A stretch of DNA of 64,000 nt from Podarcis vaucheri (Eukaryota), in assembly GCA_965113315.1 (NCBI GenBank), contig OZ220369.1; one strand, given 5' to 3'. How positions within the stretch are numbered: position 1 is the first letter of the stretch; every line of letters begins with the position of its first letter. The notes beneath the pieces were generated by a model. That model saw nothing but the letters and a program-made list of their open reading frames with translations, had not been told where the DNA came from and searched no databases. This document shows positions 42,883-53,500 of the stretch, in pieces. A program made the translations under genes and the position numbers.

Positions 42883-45800
42883 ATGTTAGGCTCTGGGTTC
42901 AAGGCCGAGCGCTTGCGAGTCAACCTACGTCTTGTCATCAATCGCCTCAAACTGTTGGAGAAAAAGAAAAGTGAGTGGACTTTCCTACCTAATTCCTTGA
43001 CCTCATCACCAGAGCAGTGATTCAGGAGGTTTCTGGTAGTCGTGGTGTCCCACAACACCATGTGCAGACTATAAATTAAGAGATGCTTAATTTGTAGCCT
43101 GCACATGTTGTTTCAGTGTATCTGAAGAAGCGTGCATTCACACGGAAGCTTATACTACTCAGTTGGTCTCTAGGGTGCTACATTATAATTTTTAAATTCT
43201 TTTGGAAGGGTTCTTTTAAAGACTTTCTTAGATCATATAACTTTTTTGAAGACTTGGTTTTTTAAAGGGAGTTTTTAGGTTTTTAAGAAGAGTCTTTTTA
43301 ACTATCTTTTAAAACAATTGTTTTAATTTATTTTGACATGTCAGAGTGTAAGTGTGGAATTGCTTGGGTGTGTGTACTGTATTTATAAGATGCTGAGAAT
43401 TGTGGTCATTGGGATGGGGATGGGGATTCTGTGAAGAGTTCTTAGGTTTGTGGACTTGTGTCCAGTTCTAGCCCCACTATACTCATTGAATGGACATGGT
43501 TACTTAATTTCAAAATGTCTATACAATAATTTCAATATGTCTATTCTGAGTATACCGTATTTTTCGCCCTATAGGACGCACCATCCCATAAGGCGCACCT
43601 AGTTTTTTTGGGAGGAAATAAAGGGGGGAAATTATTTTTTTTCCCCCAGGTGCGGGGCTGGGGCGGGGGAAGCCCGAGCTTCCCCCGACCCCAGCCCCCA
43701 GAACAGACAACTCTCCGCAAGCTGTGGGAGCCCAGCGCGCCCAGGCTTCAGCATGCAGGCAACTCTCCGCAAGCCGTGGGAGCCCAGCGCTGGGCTCCCG
43801 TGCTTTGTGGAGAGCTGTGCGGAGCCTGGAGAGCGAGAGGGGTCAGTACGCACCGACCCCTCTCACTCTCCAGGCTTCAGCGAAAGCCTGTGTTCGCCCC
43901 ATAGGACGCACACACATTTCTCCTTCATTTTTGGAGGGGGAAAAGTGCGTCCTATAGGGCGAAAGATATGGTAACTTAGTTGGAGGCAACCCACAGTCCT
44001 TATTGGTGGAGCCCCTCTCTTTGCATACACAAACACCCCAGGCAGGGCCAGGGCAGGCTTGTAGGCCTCCCCTGCTGCCCCATGATGAACCCTTTTCTTG
44101 CAGCTGAGCTAGCCCAGAAGGCACGGAAGGAAATTGCTGACTACCTGTCTGCTGGCAAAGATGAGCGGGCTCGCATCCGTGTGGAGCACATCATCCGGGA
44201 GGACTACTTGGTGGAGGCCATGGAGATCCTGGAGCTCTACTGTGACTTGCTTCTGGCACGCTTTGGCCTCATACAATCTATGAAGTAAGGTCTTGGCCTA
44301 TGGGGAAGAGGGTGCTGGGTGCCTGCCACGTGTCCCCTCCCCTCGGTCTGCTAGGTCTGGGACCTATTTGTCCTCCTTGTCTTTCAACTACTTGTTCACT
44401 CTTGCCTTACTTTGTGTCCCTTCAGGGAGCTGGACTCCGGCCTGGCAGAAGCTGTCTCCACCCTCATCTGGGCTGCCCCCCGACTGCAAGCGGAGGTGGC
44501 TGAGCTGAAAATGGTGAGTAGTGCCAGTTGTGTCTTGGCAGGCTGCTCAGCCTTCCTGGACATCTGAGGGCAGCAGTTGGGAAAAGACTTTGATCTATCC
44601 TCACAGGATGCTCAGAGAACTTGGTGACTTTCTTGTTTGATCTGGGAGTTTAGGTTGGCTCCAGTCTCCAAACTCCTGAACCTTTTGTCCAGGGGTGCTG
44701 CGATAGTTGCTGTGCCCTGTCTTAAATAGAGGGGAGTCAGTGGTGCCTGGACTCTGTTTTGAGTGTGCCATTTCCATACTAGGTTGCTGACCAGCTCTGT
44801 GCCAAGTACAGCAAAGAGTATGGCAAGTTGTGCCGGAGCAACCAGATTGGGACCGTCAATGACAGGGTGAGTGGAATGGGAAGGGCATCATGGGGGTGAG
44901 ATGACGGTAAGGCTCTCAGGAGCTACTAACCACAATGGCTACGTCTTCCTCTGCTGTCAGAAGTGATCTGCTCCTGAAGTCAGTTGCTGGGAATCACAGG
45001 TGAAGGAGAGCACTGCTGCTGCTCCACTCAGGGGCTTCTTGTTGGGGCATCCGTTTGGCCACTTTGAGGATAGGATGCTGGGCTAGACAGGCGGATCCAG
45101 CAGGCTGTTCTTATGGGAGGGAACGATATCAGTGCTTCATAAAGATGAGTTGTTTGCAGCAGGTGGTCCTGCCTGTGGTGCTTCACCAGGCAAGGTAGAA
45201 ATTTATCTTTTTTCTGGCTTGGATATCTCTTAGCTAGGTAAGTGTTCTTGACCTGCCCAGCTCAGTGAAGGGCTCACTCTTCCCTCCCTCCCTTCCAGCT
45301 GATGCACAAGTTGAGCGTAGAGGCACCTCCCAAAATCCTAGTGGAGAGGTACCTGATTGAGATCGCAAAGAACTACAACGTGCCCTATGAGCCAGACTCT
45401 GTTGTCATGGTGAGTGACTGGGAGGCGGTTCCACTCTCAATTCCCTCAGTAGCAGCTCCCTTTCCCACATGTGACATCAGCTTCTTCCTCTTCCCAGGCT
45501 GAGGCTCCCGCAGGCGTGGAAGCTGACCTGATTGATGTGGGATTCGTGGATGATACAAAGAAAGGTGGCCGTGGAGGTGGTGGTGGTGGTGGCGGTGGCT
45601 TCATGACCCCAATGGCTGGTCCTGATGGAGTTGTGCCAATGCCAATGCCCATGCCCATGCCGTCTCCAGCTCCCCCTTTTGCATACCCACCTCCAAAGGG
45701 ACCAGTAAGTCCTATGTCTTGCTTGAAACAGGAGGGGAATCTGTAAAGTTGGGATTGGGGGTGGTAGTGGGGGGGGGGGAGGAAAGGATAGCAGTCTACT

Positions 45801-48267
45801 GTGGTGAGTTAGCATCTTAGCACACCTCACTACCTGCTGTGTGAACAAGGTTTTCCAGCTGTTCTGGCAGGTATTGCCTATCTGATTCTGCCATTAGGAA
45901 GGGGCGCTGGTCTGACTTAACAATTTCTCCCTTTAGGAGCACTTCAACGGGCTACCGGTGGGCACCTACCAGCCTTTCACCAGCCTTCACCCACCTCAGA
46001 TTCCAGCAACACCTCCAACATACGAGTCTGTAAGTACTGCTGATGAAAAACAAAAGCTGAATTGCTGGGAGGGCAAGTCCTCTCTGCTGGGACTGTTGCT
46101 GTCCCTAGTCTAGTGCTGGGTATTGGCAGGCCTTCCCACTTGGACTGACTGAGGAGTTGCCATCCACTGGATTTGGGCTTGCAGCAAACTTCATGCACTT
46201 TTGATATGATTTTGATTTATTGCATTTCTATGTTGCTTTTCATTCATTCATTCTATGTTGCTTTTCATCTCAAAGCAGCTTACAAACAATAAATAGCCAT
46301 AACATAATAAAACATACTAGCATGTCGCAAATACAGCATACATCATATAAAATAATCAACAAATTATCAATAAAACATCAGTAAAACAGTGGCAACAAAA
46401 CAGCAACTAAAAAATAAGCTAAACCTCACAATTACAGCAAGTCATGTGATTAACAAATCAATTCGGCATTTAGAATCTATAAAACAATATTAAAAACATT
46501 AACAAAATAGCAATTAAAAATATAAGCTAAGCACTAAGTTCATTCACACAGTCTCTGTACCCCCATGACTCATAATCTTTCACTCTGTTCAGTTCATTAT
46601 AATACACATAAATGCACATAATGCCAGATGTTGCCCTGGCTGGGGTCCTCGAGTCGTGGGCCATGGTGGAGATGATGGGGCTCTTAGGCCTACCGCCAGT
46701 GGTAAGGTGGATGTTGACTGCCTAGGCATTGTTGAGGAGAAACTTGCCCAGGTCACTTTCAATAATCAGGAGTCCCATTCCCACTTGAGGAAGTCCAAGA
46801 CAAGCCTGTCCCTCTGGAGCAGCGAGTGGCAACTGCACTTGGTTTAGAGGACGACCAGGAGGTCCAGCAGTGGCCCTGTAGCCTGTCCACCAGGAGCTGC
46901 TCCAGCTTCTTCAGCCGCACCTTGGTTGACATTGTGGTGGTAGAGGAGGCAGCCGCTGAGGGAATCGAGCAGGGCAGCTACTTGAGTCTACCAGGCAGGA
47001 GGGAGGGGCTGTGATAAAGATACCAAGGGAGCTTAGCATGATCTCAGCAGCCTGGATGAGCTTGCAGGCAGTGACTCAGAGGTCACCTTGGTCTCAGAGA
47101 CCAGGCTGCTGCCCATGGAAAGCATGAGCGGAGGACATTGACCAGCAGGGGTAGAGGATGAGATGTGGGGGTGGGCTGAGCAGCTAGAGAGTGTGGAAAT
47201 GGGGATGTGTCCACCTTCATGCCCTTTTGCTTGTTCAGCTACTGCTCTCCAGACTTCTGTGGTTGCTGGTGGTGGTGCTTCATGTCAGGTTGAAGGTGAG
47301 ACCGCCAGCGATGGTGAAGAGCTACTGCACCGTCAGGCCATCCTTGGGGGACATAGCCAGGGCCGCTTGCTAGTCAGGTAGTCAGCCATGCTGAGCAGCT
47401 CTCCCTCACCTATGGCACCACCAGGCCAGGCTCACCACCACTGCTTCCTCCTCCAGATCCCTCATTTCCTTCTTCCTTCTGCTGTCTGGTCAGGCTGCAT
47501 GAAGAAGATGGAAGCACCAGATATGGTGCTTCGTCTGTGCATGTAGGCCTCTAGGGAGTTGTCAGGTGGTGGTTCTGTGTGGGGTGCTCCATGCAAAGCC
47601 AGCTTTTTTCTGTTTCAGATTGATGACATGGGTGCTGACAAGGAATTGCCATCCCCACAAATGACCGGTGAGTGAAGGGCCGGAGAGGGAGGCTGTGGAG
47701 CTGGCAAGGCAGTGAGGAGGGAGGGAGGTGGTGATGTCAGGGGAAAGCTGGTGTTTATTGTTGGTCCCCTTCACTCTTGTGTTCGCTCTTGAGTTGCTGA
47801 GGTAAGCATGTGCCCATGTGTGTCTGTGTTGGGGCAGAGACTGGGACTCTTCATGGCAGAGAGCTTGGGCCCCTTTAACAACTGGTAGGAGCTGCAAGGC
47901 TCAACTGAAGTGCAGCAAGTGCTCACTTCTGCAGGACATATACTAACTGTAGTACAGCAAAAAGAAGAATGGTCCTACCCCTGCCCCTACTACTGTTAGG
48001 TAGACTACTGTTTTCGCTGCCTTGAGCCTGCCCACTGCTTGTAACCAGTCACTCTTGTCTGCTGCAGGACCAGCCCCAAAGCCACAGCCGAGGGGGAGGC
48101 CACCAGCTGCAGTTCCTAGTTCGGGCGATAATTTTGTGCTGCCAGAGTTGCCATCTGTGCCAGACACGCTGCCTGCCGCTTCTGCTGGTGCCAACACTTC
48201 CGCCTCAGAAGACATTGACTTCGATGACCTCTCTCGAAGGTTTGAGGAACTGAAGAAGAAAACTTAA
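42883..48267 (+). CDS. IST1: IST1 factor associated with ESCRT-III, 9 coding exons, 366 aa
   Basis: Exons 42883-42970, 44104-44284, 44426-44513, 44783-44866, 45299-45409, 45498-45704, 45937-46029, 47619-47667, 48068-48267. Sum 1101 nt. MLGSGFKAERLRVNLRLVINRLKLL...EDIDFDDLSRRFEELKKKT* (C-terminal MIM). Probable non-coding exon 1 donor at 41188; AATAAA at 49119-49124. Confidence 0.97.
43555..43971. mobile_element. Tc1/mariner (Tc2-like) MITE
   Basis: 27-bp TIRs ccgtatttttcgccctataggacgcac / gtgcgtcctatagggcgaaagatatgg, with TA on both sides. Confidence 0.88.
44930..45115 (+). mobile_element. CR1-like 3' tail fragment (related pieces at about 11540-11710, 14470-14605 and 62085-62190)
   Basis: Shared ggccact..gag.a.aggatgctgg.ctaga...gatccagcaggctgttcttatg motif. 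Confidence 0.55.
46780..46932 (-). pseudogene. CDC42BPB (MRCK-beta)-like exon 1 fragment
   Basis: MSTKVRLKKLEQLLVDR[deletion]LLDLLVVL*TKCSCHSLLQRDRLVLDFLKW+G vs MSAKVRLKKLEQLLLDG...[30 protein letters not shown]. Confidence 0.88.
47023..47150 (-). pseudogene. Cyclin L (CCNL2-like) exon 1 fragment
   Basis: LR[-1]MLSMGSSLVSETK[-1]DL*VTACKLIQAAEIML[-1]LPW vs CCNL2 [38 protein letters not shown]. Confidence 0.78.
47208..47283 (-). pseudogene. USP7-like exon 1 fragment
   Basis: MKHHHQQPQKSGEQ*LNKQKGMKVD vs USP7 [26 protein letters not shown]. Partly low complexity. Confidence 0.65.
47290..47389 (-). pseudogene. IMPDH1-like first coding exon fragment
   Basis: MADYLTS[+1]SGPGYVP[+1]KDGLTVQ*LFTIAGGLTFN vs IMPDH1 [33 protein letters not shown]. 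Confidence 0.88.
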
Positions 48268-50582
48268 AAAGAGCCCCTGAACAGGGGGCCGATGGGCCTG
48301 ATTGCTGCCTCCTCCTTCCCTCTTAGCACGGCCAAGTGCTTGTTCCTCTTCCTCCGCTTGGCCTTTCTTCCTTCTGTACTTACACCAAATGCCACTGCTT
48401 TTCTGACATTCTGCTCCAGGAGTGGGGGACTGCACAGCCTCTTTGAGATGGGAGCAGGAACAATCCCTCCAAATGCATTGCTCTGCAGTCTGCAGCCGGG
48501 CATTAGAGGGGAAAGGGAGTGATGTAGGTGGCCTCTCATTTGGACAGACAGTGGTGTAGGGACACCAACCTGAAGATTCTGGGCAACGTAGTTGGACAGA
48601 AGCGCGCCCCCCCCTCCAGGCATGTGCTGTGGAAGGGGAGCTGCTCTGGGCCCCTGATAGCTTTGTTTTGCCTGCCGCGTTCTCAGGGAGCCCTCCGGGG
48701 CCATTATGACTTTCCTTTGGGGAGGGATGCTGTGGGGCACAGGAGTTGACCACTCTACACTCCTTGTGGCTCAGTGATCCTCCTGCCTCTGGCTTGCAGA
48801 GCAGCAGGCACATTTTCCTAGCTTTGAGTGAGCCCAGTTCTGCCTTAACGTGGCTCTGCATCAGGCTGGGTTCAGGGCCATTGCTTGACATGTGCCATCA
48901 CTCCTGGTTCTCTAGCCTCTTCCCTTGCCTATAGGGCAAAGCCATGGGTGGTGGTGGTGACAGCAGCAGCAACAACACATCCAGCAACTTCTGCTGCTCT
49001 TACAGACCAGCTGCAGTGCCAGCAGCCAACCTCAGCTCTCCCATGTAACACTCTGTATGTAACTCTTTCATGTGGCTTTTCTGGGACAATTTGATTGGTT
49101 TGTATCTTCTCTATTCTAAATAAAGTTGAGGAATAGCCTTGACTGGATCTGTCTCAAGTGAAACATAATATTTCCTGGCTTCTGGCAGTGGTGGAGGGGA
49201 AGCAAAGGAGGCATGGTATGTTTACAACATGGAGGGGCAGCTGCCACCAGTTCTTATCATGGCTATTCCTTCAGACTGACAGTCACACTTCCAGTCAAAC
49301 AAGGAGTACTATTTATTGAGGGAAGGGGAAATATTGGCAAAAAGGAGCATGCAAATGTGTTGCCTTTACTTTGGCTTCGCAGTTATATTTTGGAACAAGT
49401 CCTATCAGTTTGGATCGCACACCTGAGGATCTGCAGTGCAGCCCACAACCACCGCCCACAGGCGAATTTATGAGGCTCCCTTTAGACTTGCTTCCCACAA
49501 GACATTGTGGTTGGTGGCAGCAGGGGCAGCTTCAGAAGAGCGGGCCACCTGTCCTGCAGGGCACGGGGAAGTGCCTGGGTGCTGAAGCAGCTGTCCTTCT
49601 CTGCAGTGATGTGATAGAACTGTCAAGCTATCATTCTTGAGAAATTAGCCCTTGTAGGATTTATGCTGACCTTTACAGGTTGGAGCAGGGGGACGAGTGC
49701 TTTCTGCTTGGGCCAGGCTGAAGGGTCCCCTCTGGATTAAGGTAAGGGCTGCTTAAGGATCCTTGCATCTTGGAGGTTGGCTGCCTTTAAGGAAAGGCAG
49801 GATTGGATTCCTTTCATGGATTTGATCTCTCCCATTGGGCAAACTGAGCTCTCTGGGTGGGGAGGGGCAATAGTCACTCTTCTTCCCCACCCACCCTTCT
49901 ATCTCCTCCCTCTGGTTCACCTTGAAACAGTGTATCCTTTGTGCATCTCAACAGACCCACCTTTGTCATATGAGTTCTTCAAATCTGTGGCTGGGTAGAG
50001 GAGTATAATCTACAATTCCCTGTTTGTCTCCTCAGGGGTTAAGCCCTGCAATAGGTAAAGAGTTCCTCAGCGACATGAAAAATAAATTGATTGTAAGGCT
50101 TAATTGATGTGCACCACTGAGTATTTGGGATTGGTTATAAATAAGAACAGCCCTCCTTTGCTCTGCCTCTTTGGGCAGAGAAGAAACTGGCTCCTGCTGT
50201 TTAGGGACTTGACCGGCCTTTGGGCTGGAAGCCAGTAAGATTGGCTTTGCTCTTCAACCTGCAGCGCTGCAGCAGGGGATTTCTGGGCAGTCAGATTTGT
50301 TCTGCCTTGGTTAGTCCCAACAACTCAAAGGCGTGTCAAGGATAAAGGAAGTAGGATGTAGCATGAGGTAATGTTGAGTCAAGATCACATGGTAAATTAG
50401 CTGAAGAGTGGGAGGGGCAGCTTAAAAGTGGGAGAAAAGCCCTATAGATTTTCTTGCCAGCCCAGCTGACCTCTGATATTCTTAAAGATAGCATATACGT
50501 TAGTGATACTTGGAAAATGGTGACCCTTCCCATTTTAGAATAGAAAAGAGCTGTCCAAATGGGGAGGTGGGATGATGCCACT

Positions 50583-53500
50583 TCAGTCCTGTGGCTCCTT
50601 TCGGGAAGCTGCTGGGATGCGCAGCTGTTTCTTGATTCCAAACAAGGTGGAAATCTTCAGTTGAATCAGCTGCAACATGGATTCCTCCTTGCTGGCCTGT
50701 TGTGATGAACCAGGAGAGAGAGAGAGAGAGAGAGAGATGCCTTATATGTGAACTCGGATCCTGAGGGGTGGCTGCGGCACAAGCAGCTTCTCATGAAGGC
50801 TTAATTGCTTGAAGCTTAGCTGGTGGCTGGTGATGAGCAGCACCAGCTGCTTGGGCTTACACCTACCTTGGCAGCCTTCATCTCCCGACTGAAGGTCGTC
50901 AAAAGGGCAGAGACAAACAGGTTGATGATCACAAACACCATGGAGATGACGCTGGTTACAATCAGCACAGCGCCAAACACGGGGTCCACAGCAATGACCT
51001 AAGCATGAAGAGCACAGTTATGTCCCCTGTGTCTACATATGCACATAGCAGAGAGCTGTTGGCCGTGCTGTGCTTTGCAGGGCACAGGGAAGCATGGCAT
51101 TCTAGACCCAGAAAGCTGAAATCCATGCAGGTCTCTCTGGGTGCTGAATGGGGCTGGGGGTCTGTTGCGATCTGTGGTGTCCTGGAAGGGCAGCCTGGCA
51201 GTGTGCCTCGGCCTAAAGTGGGGCTGCATGGCACTCACCTCTTCATAATTAAAGATTCCAATGAGAAGCCCTACGATGGTCACAGCTGAGTTAAAGAAGG
51301 TCTTGTAGTCATCTACGCTCCATCCAAACATGAGGTTGCACTGATGGCAAGAGAGTGAAGGTGATGTAGGGGGAGGAGTATAAGGACACAGGAAGGGGGG
51401 GCTCTTCCCTCCGCCCTTGATTGGTTTCCCTGCAGTTGGCAGGTCTCTTCTTACCACAATGGCGTAACCCACAAGTAGCACCAGAAGTGTGAGCAGGAAG
51501 CCCAGGACCTCATCCCAGGCTTTCTGCAGTGTCTGTGTGATGAGGTGCATTCTGGGATTTAGGCGCAGGAGGTTCCACAGCTTGATGGTTGTCAAGGCCA
51601 CCAGAAAAGCAATGAGGTATGTCAGAGCAGAGTCAACTTCCACCATCTCATAGAAGCTGATGAACCTGGCAGGGGTGTGGAGGGAGATTTGCTTTAGGGT
51701 GTGTGAAAGCCGCCTCTGCTGAGTGGGGGCCTGCCCCTGCCCCTGCCCCTTGTTTCGGATGGTAGACACTCACTTGTTGCGGTCTTGGCGATGCTGCTTC
51801 AGGATGCCTTCTGCCAGCACGCGCCTCTTCACATAAAGGCCAATAGCTGCCACACTTATGAGGATGGTGCTGGCATCCAGCAGGTTTCTCTTGCTGCTGA
51901 AGTACTTCCACTTCTGCTGCTTCAACTGCCGGCCCTGCTGGCCCCATGGAAGAAGCAGGCTTGACTCAGGCAGCCACATGTTTTTTTTGGGGGGGAATGC
52001 AAGTGGAAGGAGCAGTGGTGGTGTGATGCTCTTTCTCTGGCAATACAGCAACCTCCACAAACCACCACCCTCTAAAACAGCCTTTCTCAACCTTGGGTCC
52101 CCAGATGCTTTTGGCCTACAACTCCCATCGTTCCTAGCTAGCAAGGCCAGAGCTCAGGGATGATGGGAGTTATAGTCCAACAACATCTGGGGACCCAAGG
52201 TTGACACTGCCCTAAAACAAGGGTGGGATGACACTCCTGCGGCACTCCAGGTGTTGCTGGAATCCAAATGCCCAACTGCTCTAGGCAGCCAATGGCAATG
52301 GTCAGGAATAATGGGAGCCTAGCAGCACCCAGAGGGCCCACCGCAGGTTCTACATCTCAGCTCCCCTGAGCTGGTACTGGCTGATACCTCCCACTAACCC
52401 TAGGCACCTTGAGAGTGCTGTCTAAAGCTGATGGAAGTTGTAGTCCAGCAATATCCAGAGGGTGCTAGGCTAAGGAAACTAAGCTGCCTCACAGAGGCCC
52501 TGCTCACCTGCACAAAGATGTAATATAGTATGAGCAGGAGAAAGGTGATCTGGGCACAGATAAATTGGAGGACGAGCTGGAGGTCTGGATAGAGGCGCAG
52601 AATTTGCAGCTCCGATTTGCTGAACAAGGCCCCTGCCACAGAAACAGGCACAGGGTCAAGCATGGAGGCTGCAAGCAAGGCTGGCTCCCAGGGAGAGGGA
52701 ACGCCTTTTCTCCTCCTCCTCCCTCCCCAACAGCCCCAGGACAGCCATCCTGCCTCTGAGGCCCATTGCAGGGCTAGGCCCCCTTTGTCTCTACTACACG
52801 CTCTTGCCTATCCCATTGGCCTCCAAGACGAGCGTGACTGCGCAGAAGAGGTTGACATTTGCATTGTAGACAACAAACTCAATGAAGACGACTCGTGTGC
52901 TTTTGTCCAGCCAGTTGTTCCGTTCCAGATAGCGAAGGGTTCTGGTGGGAATGGTGCAGAAAAAAGTTGTATTGTGTATCCACCTTGCAGTGGGAGAGAA
53001 TTCTAAGGGCTGTACCTAAATCTACTGGCGGCAGGGGAAGAGAAACACAACTCTAGTTTACTATTGCATGCCCTGCCCAGTTGATCAGTTCTCCCCCAAG
53101 TACCACCTGCCAGACTTCAGTAGCAGTGCCATATTCACTACTGTTAGCCAGGACTGTGGGTCTTTAGCTTTCACCTACCCTCTTCCACAGCTTCACCAGA
53201 TCAGGAGATAGTGGGCAGAGACTGAGATACACCTGCCCAGAAAGAGCCCCTGGAGCTTTCAGTACCTGATGCCTGTTCTGCAGCTCCCTCAGTCCACATA
53301 CCTCCAGGCGTAGCTTTTGTTTCTGCCAAGGTTTGCCAGGTAGCCGCTTCCCGGATAGAGAGCAAACTTCCCCCAGATGGGGTACTCTTGCAGGGTGCTC
53401 TCATTCTGGAAGACCCAGGCACTCGCCTGACCTCTCCCACCTGCAGCAGGAGGCCCCCAGCTGGCCGTGGGACCCTGCTTTCCCTCTTGGAGTGGGAGAA

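Larger units (their letters stand above)
46200..47565 (-). mobile_element. Chimeric retro-insert: chain of captured first exons plus T-rich UTR and L2-like tail
   Basis: Four gene fragments in one orientation, then a T-rich stretch and TGTAAGCTGCTTTGAG...GAAAAGCAACATAGAAATGCAATAAAT. Boundaries approximate; no TSD found. Confidence 0.7.

Noticed and set aside
46735-46780. ESD(P)G-F similarity to UCHL5/BAP1 N-terminus
   Set aside because: Only 5-6 residues match and the flanks do not.
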